From Blepharisma stoltei ATCC 30299 (Eukaryota; Protista; Ciliophora): DNA of 64,000 nucleotides. Positions 23,023 through 35,532 of this stretch are shown one piece after another; the first letter of the stretch is position 1, and every line of letters begins with the position of its first letter. The stretch spans positions 434,001 through 498,000 of the forward strand of contig CBFDEM010000052.1 of NCBI GenBank assembly GCA_965603825.1. Reading direction: 5' to 3'. Both the position numbers and the translations under genes were made by a program. The notes beneath the pieces are model-generated. The model made no database searches. It was not told the DNA's origin and saw only the letters and a list, made by a program, of their open reading frames with translations.

Positions 23023-25167
23023 ATGCTACGACGTATTTTAAGTAGATCATTCAGTAAGTTCGAGCAATGGAAAAAAGCAGCCGACGCTGAGCTGAAGATG
23101 AAGGATTCCTGGAAGAAGCTAACTTGGCATACCAACGAAGGCATCGAAGTCAAACCTATTTACTTTGCCGAAGATGCAATCCAAATTCCAGATGTTCCAG
23201 GCGAATACCCATATATGAGAGGTCCATATACGACTATGTACACCCATAGGCCCTGGACGATCCGTCAGTATGCAGGTTTCAGCACAGTTGAAGAAAGCAA
23301 TGCATTTTACAGAGCCAATCTTGCAGCAGGTCAACAAGGTCTCAGTGTTGCCTTTGATTTGGCTACACACAGAGGGTATGATTCAGATCATCCTAGAGTT
23401 AAAGGTGACGTCGGTATGGCTGGAGTGGCTATTGACACTGTAGAAGACATGAAAAGACTATTTGAAGGAATCCCACTCGGCAATATCAGTGTAAGTATGA
23501 CAATGAACGGTGCAGTTCTCCCTATTATGGCCATGTACATTGTTGCAGCTGAAGAACAAGGCGTAAACCAAAAACAACTGCAAGGGACCATCCAAAATGA
23601 TATTCTTAAAGAATTCATGGTCAGAAACACCTTTATTTACCCACCAAAACCTTCAATGAAAATTGTGTCTGACATCATTGGCTACACTGCTGCACATATG
23701 CCTAAATTCAATTCTATTTCTATATCTGGCTACCATATGCAAGAAGCTGGGGCTGATAAGAAACTAGAGCTGGCTTTTACCCTTGCAGATGGGTTAGAGT
23801 ACATCAGGTCTGCCTGCAGTGCTGGGCTGACTGTGGACCAAATTGCTCCTCGTTTTTCTTTCTTCTTTGGAATTGGGATGGACTTTTATATGGAAATTGC
23901 CAAGCTTAGAGCAGCCAGGCTGTTATGGGCGAAATTATTGAAAGAAAAATTCAACCCTCAAAACACAAAGTCTTTAATCTTAAGGACCCATTGTCAAACT
24001 TCTGGATGGAGTCTTACAGAACAAGATCCATTAAATAACATTGTGAGAACTGCTATAGAAGCTACCGCATCAGTCCTAGGAGGCACCCAATCTCTACATA
24101 CTAACTCTTTTGATGAAGCTGTCGGACTCCCTACAGAAACTTCTGCAAGAGTCGCCAGAAACACCCAAATTATCCTACAAGAAGAAACTGGGATCACCAG
24201 AGTGGTTGACCCATGGGGCGGGTCTTATTTTATGGAAAATTTGACCCAACAGCTTGCAGACGCCGCTTTAGAAGTTATTAATGAAGTTGAAGCTTTAGGA
24301 GGCATGGCAAAAGCTATTGAACAAGGTATGCCAAAACGAAGAATCTTAGAATCAGCAGCCAAGAGACAAGCAAAAATCGACTCAGGAGAAGAAGTCATTG
24401 TAGGTGTCAACAAGTACAAAGTTAAGCATGAAGACAAAATTGAAGTCAGAGCTGTGGACAACGCACAAGTCAGAAATGAACAGATCAAGAAAATCAACAC
24501 ACTGAAGGCTACCAGAGACACTGCTAAAGTAAATCAAGCATTAGAAGACTTAAGAAATGCTGCTAAAACAGAGAAAGGAAACTTGCTAGAGTTCACTGTA
24601 CACGCTGTAAGAGCTAGAGCTACCCTTGGAGAAATTTCTAAAGTGCTAGAAGACGTATATGGAAGATATGCATTAGATGAGCGCATTGTCCAAGGCGCTT
24701 ATTCTTCAATTCTGACTGACGAGTTCAAAAGAGTCCAAAACAAAGTGGTAGAGTTCGAGAAAAAAGAAGGCAGAAGACCTAGAATGCTCATCGCAAAAAT
24801 GGGACAAGACGGCCACGACAGAGGTGCAAACGTCATTGCGTCAGGATTTTCTGATATGGGCTACGATGTCGATATAGGCCCACTTTTCTCAACACCTGAA
24901 GAAATCGCTTTGCAAGCTTTGGACTCTGATGTCCACATAATTGGAGTCAGCTCTCTGGCTGCTGGACATTTAACTTTGGTCCCTGACCTTATTAAATGCT
25001 TAAAAGAAAAAGGGATGAATGACGTGCTAGTTGTAGTTGGAGGAGTTATCCCTCCAAAGGATTATGACGCTCTCTATTCAGCTGGAGCTCACTTTATTTT
25101 TGGACCAGGCTCATCAGTTGCCCACTGCGCCGAAGTTTTAGTTGACAGGCTGATGAAAAAGAACTAA
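23023..25167 (+). CDS. MMUT: Methylmalonyl-CoA mutase, mitochondrial (AdoCbl-dependent)
   Basis: [38 protein letters not shown]12-binding [10 protein letters not shown], and presequence-like [11 protein letters not shown]. Confidence 0.98.
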   Translation: MLRRILSRSFSKFEQWKKAADAELKMKDSWKKLTWHTNEGIEVKPIYFAEDAIQIPDVPGEYPYMRGPYTTMYTHRPWTIRQYAGFSTVEESNAFYRANLAAGQQGLSVAFDLATHRGYDSDHPRVKGDVGMAGVAIDTVEDMKRLFEGIPLGNISVSMTMNGAVLPIMAMYIVAAEEQGVNQKQLQGTIQNDILKEFMVRNTFIYPPKPSMKIVSDIIGYTAAHMPKFNSISISGYHMQEAGADKKLELAFTLADGLEYIRSACSAGLTVDQIAPRFSFFFGIGMDFYMEIAKLRAARLLWAKLLKEKFNPQNTKSLILRTHCQTSGWSLTEQDPLNNIVRTAIEATASVLGGTQSLHTNSFDEAVGLPTETSARVARNTQIILQEETGITRVVDPWGGSYFMENLTQQLADAALEVINEVEALGGMAKAIEQGMPKRRILESAAKRQAKIDSGEEVIVGVNKYKVKHEDKIEVRAVDNAQVRNEQIKKINTLKATRDTAKVNQALEDLRNAAKTEKGNLLEFTVHAVRARATLGEISKVLEDVYGRYALDERIVQGAYSSILTDEFKRVQNKVVEFEKKEGRRPRMLIAKMGQDGHDRGANVIASGFSDMGYDVDIGPLFSTPEEIALQALDSDVHIIGVSSLAAGHLTLVPDLIKCLKEKGMNDVLVVVGGVIPPKDYDALYSAGAHFIFGPGSSVAHCAEVLVDRLMKKN

Positions 25168-25186
25168 TTAATCATTATTTACTGGT

Positions 25187-26839
25187 TTATTTACGTGACA
25201 ACTCAAATAGCTCGAGTTTTTCGTGCTTTAAGCGCTCGTTTTCTAGTTTAAGCTCGATAATCTGCCGCTTTAAAATGCCTTCAGTAGCGTTATCAGTTTC
25301 CCGTTTGCCTTGGATTAGTTCGATGCTTTCTTTCATTATTCTGCATTGGTTGGAAAGGTCGATGTTATCTTTGTAAGATTTCTGCTGAGTTTCTTTGAAA
25401 ATTTGTTTTAAATGGGAAATTTCGAGGTCGCGCTGTTCGATTTCTTTAACGTAAGATGACTCTTTGGACTCGTGCTGCTCTATAATGTGCTCGATTTCTC
25501 CTAAAATGTCGATGTCTTCTTGAGGTAAGCCTTGTCTGCTTGTATAGAGGCAGTCTGTGTAATATCCGACTGACTGTTTAGATTTTCCAAATAAATTGAA
25601 TTTATAGTTCGCTGGGTCTTTAAGCTCTTTTATAGAATTGATTCCTTGCCTCAGCAAATTCCACTGCTGCTCTGTTTTTTTACTATGCTCTTTCATCTCT
25701 GTTTTTGCTCAGTCCAATTTTTCAATATAGTCAAAAATATAATTTACAGTTTCTGAGTACTTTTCCCTAATTTTAGCAATTACTTCAGATTTTGGGTTCA
25801 ACTCTTCTCTATACTTAGATTCCAGCTCTTCTAGTATTCCTCCAACTAATTCCAGCTTTGGTCTGAGTAAGCACTCAATTACTTCTGTTTCTAAATTATT
25901 AAAAGCTTTGCCAATAACGGTTTGAATAGTCCCTTCGTTTTTATCATATGTTTTTTCTTCCAATGAGTTTAAATATTTTTCTATACTGTCTATACAGGCG
26001 TCTAAGCCTGATTTATTTTCTGTTAAACTGCTATTTTCTTGGCCTTGGAAATTAAATTTTTTTTTTACATTGCTTTTATTATCTTTTGATTGGAATTTTT
26101 CAAAAAGTCCTTTTAACACTGGGGAAGCTTGTCGAGGTTTTAACTGTTCTTTTACTTCTAAGGTGGGTATTGATAATAAATTATTATTTGATGACAAATT
26201 TGACATTTGGGAAACTGTATTGTGTCGGAGGCTGCTGATGGTATCTTGGATATCTCCAATAGAAGATTTACTAATGCTTGGGTCGCTAATTCGGAACATA
26301 GGGTGCGCATATCCAGAAAATCTTTTATGGATTCGGGAGCCTTCTCGTGCAGTATAATTTTGTTTTGAGGATGGCTCAAAAGAAGATAAACTGGAATGAG
26401 TTTTCATGACTTCTCTAGAAATGTCTTTTATATTTTTAATTGAAGCTGATATAGATGAATAACTTATTTCATTTCTCGTTCATTCAAGCTCAAAATTTGT
26501 ATAAAGTGATGGGTGTTTCCATCAATTTGGAAAAATATTATGCATGAAATCTAAAAATTTTCTCATTGCAGTTACTCGGGGCATGCACCCAAGTTTTTTT
26601 CATTCTTCTTCTCATTTTCTCTTATATGATGTGTTATAATTTTGCATATCTGGCTGCAAAATTCCTGGTATGCATGGACCATATGTCGCTTGCATGTGTA
26701 GAGCTCCAAGGGTCATTCTTTGAGTTTCACTTAGAGATAGAGGCTTTTCTTGGGATAAATAAAATTGGGCAGCCATGAATTGCTTAGTCAGATCCCAATT
26801 GCCAAATGTTGGAGAGCTTGATATCATAGAGAGAAGCAT
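25187..26839 (-). CDS. Acyl-CoA-binding (ACBP) domain protein with coiled-coil C-terminus (~550 aa)
   Basis: ALHMQATYGPC..KW(TGA)EEEW(TGA)KKLGCMPRVTAMRKFLDFMHNIFPNW(TGA). Three ORF pieces lie in one frame. Confidence 0.85.
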
Positions 26840-27174
26840 TTAAATTAATAAAACATAAAGTTTAAAATAAAAAGATATAAAATAAGCTTTTACATGGAAG
26901 TTTTATAAATATTTATTAAGGCAACAAATCTATCAATTTAACCTATCTAACTCAACAATTTTTATAAAGGCCTTGATAAAATTAATCCTCGCCAAATAAA
27001 ATATCGACAAGAAACTGCTTTCTTTGACTATCAAATAAAACCGAGATCAAAATTTTACTATAATCACAAAATTTTTGTTATCTTACTAAAATCCTTGCTT
27101 TCGAGTTATACTTAACCTCATAATTTTTTCCACTTTATTTAATTTGTACAATCGTGCTATATAAATAATTCAAA

Positions 27175-27555
27175 ATGCCCAGAGGCCAACCCATCTATAA
27201 ACCATCCAGAAAATCTGAAGGTTCGTCAAGCAACTCCAAAAATCAAAGCAACGTTTTGAGGTTGCCAAGTGAGAACCTAAGTATAGTCACAGTGCAAGCT
27301 ACTAATGACGATTTCGAAACAATTGAATTAAGGCAAACTGTTCTTCAATTGCAAGAACAAGTTTTACATTTGCAGAAAGACTGCCAAATTTACAAGGCTA
27401 AAGCTCACAAGCTGAGGCATGAGTTGAAGAAGCTGGATTTATATAAAACTGTATGTGACTTTAAGACTGGATCTTATCTAAGAATCAATAAAAGGGAAAA
27501 GGACATCAAAAGGATCCGAAGCACATGCACTTCTCCTAAAGCAATTTATACTTAA
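27175..27555 (+). CDS. Hypothetical small coiled-coil protein
   Basis: 126-aa ATG..TAA ORF with heptad-like LRQTVLQLQEQVLHLQKD. Confidence 0.7.
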   Translation: MPRGQPIYKPSRKSEGSSSNSKNQSNVLRLPSENLSIVTVQATNDDFETIELRQTVLQLQEQVLHLQKDCQIYKAKAHKLRHELKKLDLYKTVCDFKTGSYLRINKREKDIKRIRSTCTSPKAIYT

Positions 27556-27980
27556 TTCTGAAAATTCTTTTATTTAATTGTTTATTAAATACATGAATTG
27601 GATTTATAGGATTTTTATAATGGCTGAATTTTTAGTATGTCTGTAGTCTGGCATTTGGAAGTCTAAAAAATAAGATCTAAAACATGCTAGAAAAATCTAA
27701 TAGGAGAAATGGAGGGTTTAGTATGTCTAGATCAATATTTTTAATTTACAGAAATTAGCAAGGTTATTGCTTGTTTAGCTAGAAAAAAAAACCTCCCAAT
27801 AATAGGCGCATATTTTTTAAGATTCATCAAAAAAATTAAATATATAATTTTAAATTATTGGATAAATTATAATTAAGAATATTTTATATTAGTATTATAT
27901 TTTATCCAAAATCTGTCCAGTGCCAAAAAAATTATGGCAATTTATTCATCACTATTTTCACATTTTAAAATAATTGTATT

Positions 27981-30900
27981 ATGCTTATTCTGCTGCTTTT
28001 AATTCAAATAATTCTAGCTTTTTCAAGATTAGACATAGCATTCAGCCAAGAAACCAGCCAATCTCTACTCTTATCATTATCCAGAACTCTAAAACATTAT
28101 TATAATGAATCTTTAGAGGTCAATATGATGCAACTAAACAATGAAATCTCTATCGAAGATTTTGTGAATAATTCTGATATCATAGTTGATGCTACTTATA
28201 ATCTTTTGCTGCAGACTAAACTAATTAAAGCAGCAAAAGTATTTGAATTTATTCACATAATCATAGGAGAGTCATCTAAAAGGGCAGACAAGCTAACTAA
28301 TTTTTCTCTCCTACCAGAATATGCTCATTATGAAGCTTTAAATAGTTTTTTAGCATATTTGGACTTGCAAAGGTATATTTTAATATACAGCGAGTCCAAG
28401 CAGTCAATAAAAACCAAAAAATTTTTGTCAGAAGACCCAGATAAAAAATATGAATTTTGCTTCTCCAATGATAATAGTGCTAATGTGACTGATTATTTTA
28501 TTGGAAGAGAAGTAAAACCAACAGGAATAAATAATTTTGTTGTTTTAAATGAAGGATTTGGGGCTAATAAACTAGTGAACTCATTAGTCAGAAATAAAAT
28601 ATATGGAGAAAATTCAGGGGTAATAGTGTGAAGTAAAGGAATATGAGGGTCTAATCAAGATGGGCTGATTGTCATTGTACAAGAAGGCTTAGAGTATGTT
28701 GAAAGCTATGATGAATATGAAGCTAATTCGGTCTTAAACATGCTTCAAAATCTTCTTTCTGAAAGTGCAAATTTTAAGGATAAAAAAGAAAGCATTCCAA
28801 AGTTTAATTTCTCAATTGTGAACATTCAAGATGGGCAAAGAATCATCATTGGTGCAATTCATAATGGAAAAGTTGAAATGTTTACTCAACCAATTTTTCC
28901 AGGTCACACTCTTCGAATTCCTGATTCTGCTAATTCTAGGATAAAAATTTCCATTTCTGATGGATCTCGAAACTTTGATGGGTCAATACATCATGGTACA
29001 GATGTAGTCCGTGTAGGAACTTTAAGCGCACTTAAATATGCAAGCCAAACAAATTTTATAAAAAACTTTGATTTAGTCCTTCATCATACGGACTGTAGTG
29101 CTGAATATTATAATTATGATTTTTCATTCAATTGCTTTTTAAAGCAAAAACATGAATTTGGAGTACTTTTTATCCCGTCAATACATGATGATGTATGTAT
29201 AGGAACAATGAATGATTTCCAAGAAATGGGACTACAAATACCATTAATTGCAGACTTTTGTACTTCTTCAGAATTAAATGATAAAGAAAAGTATCCTCAC
29301 TTCACACGAGTTGTCAAAGGATTTGAAGTGCATACTAGCACTATGGCGCATATGATGGGGATTTTTAGGTGGAAACATGTGGTTGTGATGTATGAAAATA
29401 CCACATTAGGGAAAACTCTTTATAAGACCTTTATGGGTGTAGCGAATAAGACTGGAGTAAAAGTATTAAATGATGAAAATAAAAGAATGGTAAAAGCAAG
29501 TTATTCCAATGAGGACTTTGAAGAGTACAAAGACAATATAGCTCATGCAATAAATACCAAAGGTAGGATAATAGCTCTTTTTGTGCAGGAAGATCTTTTA
29601 AGCCATTTTTATTTGGCTTCTCATTTTTATGATTTAGGATTAAGAGCTGGAGATGCTATATTTTTATTTTATCAAACAACTGCGTGATTTACTAAGTATG
29701 CTACTGGTTTAGAACAATCTGTTATAACAAAATGCTTAGAGTTATTTTATGGCTCTCTTTCATTTTTTCAAGCTGAATGATTAGGAGATTTAGGAAAAAT
29801 CGCCTATAACCAAGTTGTGGACCAATGGCATGCACCCCCTGTGACTTATCAATGTCACTCATTCAACTCTGGATGACTTGCAGTTAATGCCATAAATTAT
29901 TTAATCCAGTTTGGAGGGGATTACACAGACAGGGATACTCTTCTTAAATCAATCAGAAAACAAAAAATTACTGCTTGCACTGGAAAACTTCCAATGTCTC
30001 CTGAAATGAATGAGCCTGACGAAATGATAATAGGAATTTATAACTTTTTATATAACGCCACTACAGGGATTTGGGAAGACTTTCTAGTTGGTTCTTACTC
30101 TGTGTCTAGAAACCCCCCATTTTATTTCCAGGAAAACATTATTTGACCTAATAATCAAATCCAAGCTCCTAGTGATATAAGAATTGACCCATTGGATTGT
30201 CCATTTAATAGCAGATTAATTCAAAATTTTCAAACGGGAGAAATACTTTATTACTTGTTTGTTTATTTTTGGACCATTTTTGCTTTGATAATTTCTGCTA
30301 TTTATTTAAAGAAATTTTGAAAGCAGTCGTTTCCTGATATCAATGGGAGAAGAGAAATAAATATTAGAGATTGGCTTACATATGTTTCAATTATAGCCCA
30401 AAGCTTTCAGTTATTAGCTTTAGGCCCTGATTTAACCTGGTTTTATTGGAAAATCTCATATGGGTTTAATTTTATATCAGGAAGTCTATCAGAAACTGAG
30501 ATTTATCAAAGTGAAATGTTTTGGCCAGTGATATATTTAGCATTGGCAACTTGTTTAGCTACTCTGTCTCTAAATTTATTATCCGGATATGAAATTGATT
30601 TAAAAATTAAATCTTGCTATACTTCATTAATTTGCCAATTTGGAAGAGAATCATTGGCATATATTAACACTATATGTTTTATCCCTGTCATTAATTCACT
30701 TTTTTGGCTGTATGAATGCCAAAAGGGCATTGGCTCTAACTTATATGATACGTTTTTATACGGAGATTGCAAATCTTTTTGCTGACAAGATTGGCATTTA
30801 GCGTTTGTATTTATTTCAGGAATAGCGCTGACCATTTTTATCCCAATGACTATAATTTTAAGACCTTATCATGAATCTTTCATTCGTGAGAAAAATATTT

Positions 30901-31451
30901 ACTGTAATAAGCATTTTTTGATAGCCGAAAGCATTATCCAGATTTTAGCAATCGCATTTAATTCTACTTGTAGAAAATACAATGCTTTGCATAGTGCTTT
31001 ATACATATCCCTTTTAAGCATTTATATAGCTTATTCATTTATATTCAAATCTTATAACTACTCCAGGGCAAATCTCTGGAATCAGGCCTCTCTAATTTGT
31101 GTAGTTTTCAGCGCAGTCATTTCAACATTGTATTGGATTTTCCCAAATATCAGCGACATTTTATGAATTTGTCTATTAATTGTAGGATGAATATTGATTA
31201 TTGTAATTGCATTTTATATACAGTTAATATATTATCCTAGCCTTTTATTTTCTAAAAGTGGATATGATATTGGTATACTATTCAAATTCGAGTTTTCTTC
31301 ACAGGTAAACGCATCACAGATTTCTCATCAGCCAGTAACGAAAAAATATGAAATTTCTGATAGTGCCCTATTTCATGCGGAAACCAATATTTTGCATGTA
31401 ATAAGTCAAAGCACACATCCTGATCCATTATTTAACACTGAATCACCCTAG
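27981..31451 (+). CDS. Receptor-like protein: signal peptide, Venus-flytrap (ANF-receptor) domains, multi-pass TM region (~1156 aa)
   Basis: Five ORF pieces are in one frame, with only TGA between them, ending at TAG 31449. Motifs are ELNDKEKYPHFTRVV, FRWKHVVVMYENTTLG, ACTGK and IIW(TGA)PNNQIQAPSD, followed by about 8-9 hydrophobic helices. Confidence 0.85.
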
Positions 31452-31679
31452 ATATTAGTAAGATAAATAAGAAATAATAGCACATTTATTATATTAAACG
31501 ATTTATGCTACATTTTTAGTAGAAATCTATTCTATTAATAAGCATTTTCAATTGAACAATAAAAATAAGTTACCTTATAGCCATAAATTTACTATAAATA
31601 TATTAGCATAGTTTTCACTAGCTTTTATTTTCCATTTTCTTATTATCTGATATCACAATCCTATTTAAAACCAAAAATA

Positions 31680-32570
31680 ATGCATTTCAAATTTTTATTG
31701 GTAATTTTCACACAGTGTTGCTGCCAAGATTCCAAAGACCAAGAAGAGCCATCTCTCCAGCATGCAATTCCTACAGATAGCCAAAATAAACACCTTCGAA
31801 GTTTTGATCAAAGTCTTCAAAACCTCAATGGCTCTTTTTCAGGTGACGAAAACTCTGCCAACCTCGTTTTATCCGAAAAAGAAATTGCAGATTCTCCTAA
31901 ATTAAACATACAAATTCTCGAAAGTCTTGGGTCAACTCCAGGAACCGTCATCAATATCAATGCTGGAGGTTGTATTAATTCTCTGCGCAAAAAGCAAGAC
32001 TCTCATACCTATATAGGATCTGCTTTAGAAGATTCCACAGGCGTTTTAAACGATCTTGCAATCCTTGAAGAAGAAAAAGGAATGGGGAAAATGCATCTAG
32101 TAATTACATTTAACCCTACAGTTAAAAAATACAGCATCAAAGATCTTGGACAAGGCACCGGAACTTTTGTAAGAATTGACAATCCTTTGAAGCTGAAAGA
32201 AAATTACATAATCTCTTTTGGGGAATCCCATATGGCAATCCAATTTTTAGACCCCACAGAGGATAGTATTGTCCTTAAATTTTTAGAAGGGCCAAAGCAA
32301 GGAGAAACTTATACTTTTAGTAAAGAAGACCCAGCTGTATTAATAGGAAGAATGGTAGACTGCAGGATAAGATTTGACGATTTTAATATGTCAAGGTACC
32401 AGTGCAAAATACAGCATGATAATGAAAAAGGGTGGATGCTGATGGATGGAGATGGAGGGAAAAATTCCACAAATGGGACCTGGATTTTTGTGGAAGAAGA
32501 TTTTGAGATCCATGATAAAATGGTGTTTAAGGCTGGGAAAACCCTTTTTCAAGCTACTTTGATAGACTAA
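31680..32570 (+). CDS. Tandem FHA-domain protein
   Basis: IKDLGQGTGTFVRI and LIGR..MSRYQC..DGGKNSTNGTW. Probable in-frame intron at 31701-31715. Confidence 0.9.
   Translation: MHFKFLLVIFTQCCCQDSKDQEEPSLQHAIPTDSQNKHLRSFDQSLQNLNGSFSGDENSANLVLSEKEIADSPKLNIQILESLGSTPGTVININAGGCINSLRKKQDSHTYIGSALEDSTGVLNDLAILEEEKGMGKMHLVITFNPTVKKYSIKDLGQGTGTFVRIDNPLKLKENYIISFGESHMAIQFLDPTEDSIVLKFLEGPKQGETYTFSKEDPAVLIGRMVDCRIRFDDFNMSRYQCKIQHDNEKGWMLMDGDGGKNSTNGTWIFVEEDFEIHDKMVFKAGKTLFQATLID
31701..31715 (+). other. Probable stop-free in-frame 15-nt intron GTAATTTTCACACAG
   Basis: Matches the consensus of the frame-required introns (GTAA, A at 10, CAG). Not needed to keep the ORF open. Confidence 0.65.
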
Positions 32571-33578
32571 TTATAGTAATATTTTATATTTTTCTTCATT
32601 AGGGACTGCGTTTACACAGATTTTCCCATCATAGCTAGCACTAGCGAAAAACCATGCTTCGGCGGCACTCCAGCATATGCTATACACAGAGTCGTCGAAT
32701 TCTTCAATTTTGCTTAACATTTCGTCGTTTTCTCTTTCAAAAAAACTTTCGTCTACTGGAGCTGAGCTTCCTGACACAATTCTGTGAAGTCCTACTGTAT
32801 TATCAGAGCTAGAAGTAAGGAGTAGCTGGTCATGATAATTATTGAATTTTACTTGCCAAACCCAATGGGAATGCTCTTGTAAGATTTTCAAACAGTTTTC
32901 TTGTTTTCTCATGTCCCAAAGCCGAACAGTGGTGTCTTTTGAACAAGTTGCCAGGTGATATGGATTATTTGGGTTGAAATCGATGTCAAGAATTTTGTCT
33001 CCGTGTGCATTAGGAATGTAGTATTTTATGTTCTTTTCTCTATTATCATATATATGTAAGCAAGCTGGATATGTAGCGATCGCAAATAAAGAAGAATGGT
33101 GAGGATCATTGCGACTTGTAGTAATTGATGGAAGATCATAAGAAAAATTTGTTGAAAATGAAGAGAGATCATAAGAAACCATAGATGTGGAGGTTGACAC
33201 AATAATCCCAGTGTCTGTCCAGTTCAGAGAGTTTATTCTTGAATTCATTTTGACTTCTTGTAGGACTTCTAAGTTTGACTCTGCAAATTGAACAAGTTCA
33301 AGCTCATTATTCCCGTTTGCTATAGCTGCTTTATTAGGATGTTGATGATTTGTATTGATGATCCAAATTTCACTTGGATGCTCATAAGCTACTGTTTGCT
33401 CTACTGCAGTTCTATCATCATCATAGGTCAGCAAAATTACCTTATTAATAGCTTTCAAGCTTTGCGTTCCGACTAAAAATTGATTGAGTTCTGTATTATA
33501 TTTAACTGGGCATATACTTCTGCACTATGTTTATGGTACCTTATAATCCTCTCCTATCCTATAAACTGCTTCTTGCAT
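32571..33578 (-). CDS. EIPR1: EARP/GARP-interacting WD40 protein (EIPR1/TSSC1)
   Basis: After removing intron 33525-33539 the N-terminus reads MQEAVYRIGEDYKCRSI..QFLVGTQSLK. Also DIDFNPN, HSHWVWQVKFNNYHDQLLLTSSSD, FASASYDG, and C-terminal KYKILL. Confidence 0.9.
33525..33539 (-). other. 15-nt intron GTACCATAAACATAG
   Basis: Contains in-frame TAA and TAG. Removal links the ATG at 33578 to the WD40 ORF. Confidence 0.9.
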
Positions 33579-33618
33579 ATTTATACTTAAATTTATTTTC
33601 AAATGAATTATTATTAAA

Positions 33619-35328
33619 TTATCTTGAGCTTATACCACAGTTAAGATTCACCAAAATTGCTGTCACATTATCATTTGTTCGGTTTTGGAAAATTGCTTCA
33701 TTTACAAGCTCTCTTACAACTCTGTTAGGATCTTGCTCAGTCACTGGCATCTCAATCAGTTTTTCTCTTATTATATTAACAGCTACTTGGCTTGTATAAG
33801 CATCAAATAGCCCGTCACAAGCAATTAATAAAAATTCGTCTTCTTGAGGATTAATAAAGATTTGAGAAATATCAGGCTCAATCGAAACAAGTGGGCCGTG
33901 CAATTGATCTGGGTCGCCATCTGTAGTAATTAATTTATATTCAAAATCGCCAAAAGCTCGAGAAACTGCTAGCCGAGATTGAAGGCGGCCAAGTGTTACT
34001 TTTCCTCCAAATTTTTTAATTCTTTCGTGCTCTATTGGGTTATCAGGCTTGTGGTCATTTGATAGATTAATTGCTCTACCATTTCTACACAAAACAGCTC
34101 TGGAATCTCCTAAGTTTATAGTAATTATACGATCACCCATGATGACGCAAGCTACGCATGCAGAGCCAACACTATGAGAAGTTTCGGGGTATTTTTCATA
34201 AAATTTTTGATCTACAATAGAAAATGACTCAATTATGGTATCTCTAAGCGTATTCATCACATCTCTAGTCCTTTCATGTCTATCTATTAGTCTCTGCCTT
34301 ATTTCATAATGAAGATGCTCCTTTAAAAATTCTGAGCATAAATGTCCGCCATGCCCATCATAAACTGCATAATACGCTAATGGCAACTCTTCAAATATAA
34401 ACAAATTATGGCAAATCACGTCTGTATCTTCCATTTGTGGCCGATTTCCTTGTGCCGATCATCGTCCTACATTAAATCTTGAAGCTTCAAATTCTAATGA
34501 CCCAATTTTTATAAAATACCCTGAAAATAATGGCAGTTCTTCGTCATCTTCTAGTTTTCTGTATACTTCATGAGTCCCTTCATTTTCATTTATCAAAAAA
34601 TGCCATGGTTTTCTATATGAAATTCTAGCTTGTAGCGGGGCTAAATTTGGTATAACAACATCACAATTTTTATCGCTACCTATAGTCACATCTAAATAAT
34701 GGGCTTGAAATTCAAAACTATCACAATGAAAAACCAAGGATTTTAAAAATCGGGGAAGTTTTTTAGCTTCATATAAACTAGTGGTTAACTGGATTTTTTG
34801 TTCTGGAGAAATTTGAAGCGACTCTATATTTATCTCAAATAGCTCTTCTATTGAGTTGTATGGAGGAATAGTTGTGTTTTCTAGCTTTAATAGAGAAATA
34901 ATGCAGCTTTGTAAAGAAACTTCTTCGCCTTCACGGATGCTGAAAATTATATTTCCAATTTTATAGAGGGAGTCTATGCTTATTGGCTCTCCGGGTAGCA
35001 AGGTTTCTCGCACTTTAATTCAGGTGCCGGTATCTGAGTGCAAGTCAGAAAGTAAATATAGAGAAGATTCTTTTAAAAACTGGATTTTAGCGTGTCTTAA
35101 TGATAAATTGGCATTTTCTATATAAGTTGTGACATCATGCTGCTCTGGTTTGCCTGAACCAATGATTTCGCCTCTTGACTGAATAAAAATTACTGAAGTA
35201 TTTACATAAAAAAATCGTCCTTTATATAGCCCATCTGTGCATTTTAAAACAAGCTCGTTTCGACCGACTCCAATATCATCTAGTGTTTCTCGTTCTGGGT
35301 TTATAATGAAAGAAACTTCAGGTTCCAT
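33619..35328 (-). CDS. FHA-domain + PP2C (PPM) protein phosphatase
   Basis: SLRHA..SDLHSDTGTW(TGA) FHA and a second FHA-like region. Then GRW(TGA)SAQGNRPQMED, VYDGHGG, NLGDSRAV, LAVSRAFGD, ACDGLFD, DNVT. Confidence 0.92.
35179..35193 (-). other. Probable stop-free in-frame 15-nt intron GTAATTTTTATTCAG
   Basis: Consensus match, identical in sequence to 57731-57745. Encodes VIFIQ if retained. Confidence 0.7.
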
Positions 35329-35532
35329 TTAATTTTTTAGGAAAAGACGATTATTTCTAAGATTTTCCAAGTTAATTGCTTCTAGTTAAATTGATAAAAT
35401 TAATAAATCGTAAATCTGGAGCTTATTGTTACCTTAGAGTCCTAAAAAGAACTAATCAAGCCTATGGGATTGTTTTTATAAGTAAATTAAATTCGTGAAG
35501 AATAATCAATAAAAATATTAAGCTCAATTCGT

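Noticed and set aside
23023-26839. Functional clustering of MMUT with an acyl-CoA-binding protein, and of several EF-hand genes
   Set aside because: These families are abundant in ciliates and gene order here looks functionally random.
27631-27728. 12-bp direct repeat TTTAGTATGTCT spaced 86 nt, as a possible retained IES or target-site duplication
   Set aside because: There are no terminal inverted repeats and only one instance. It cannot be supported without germline reads.
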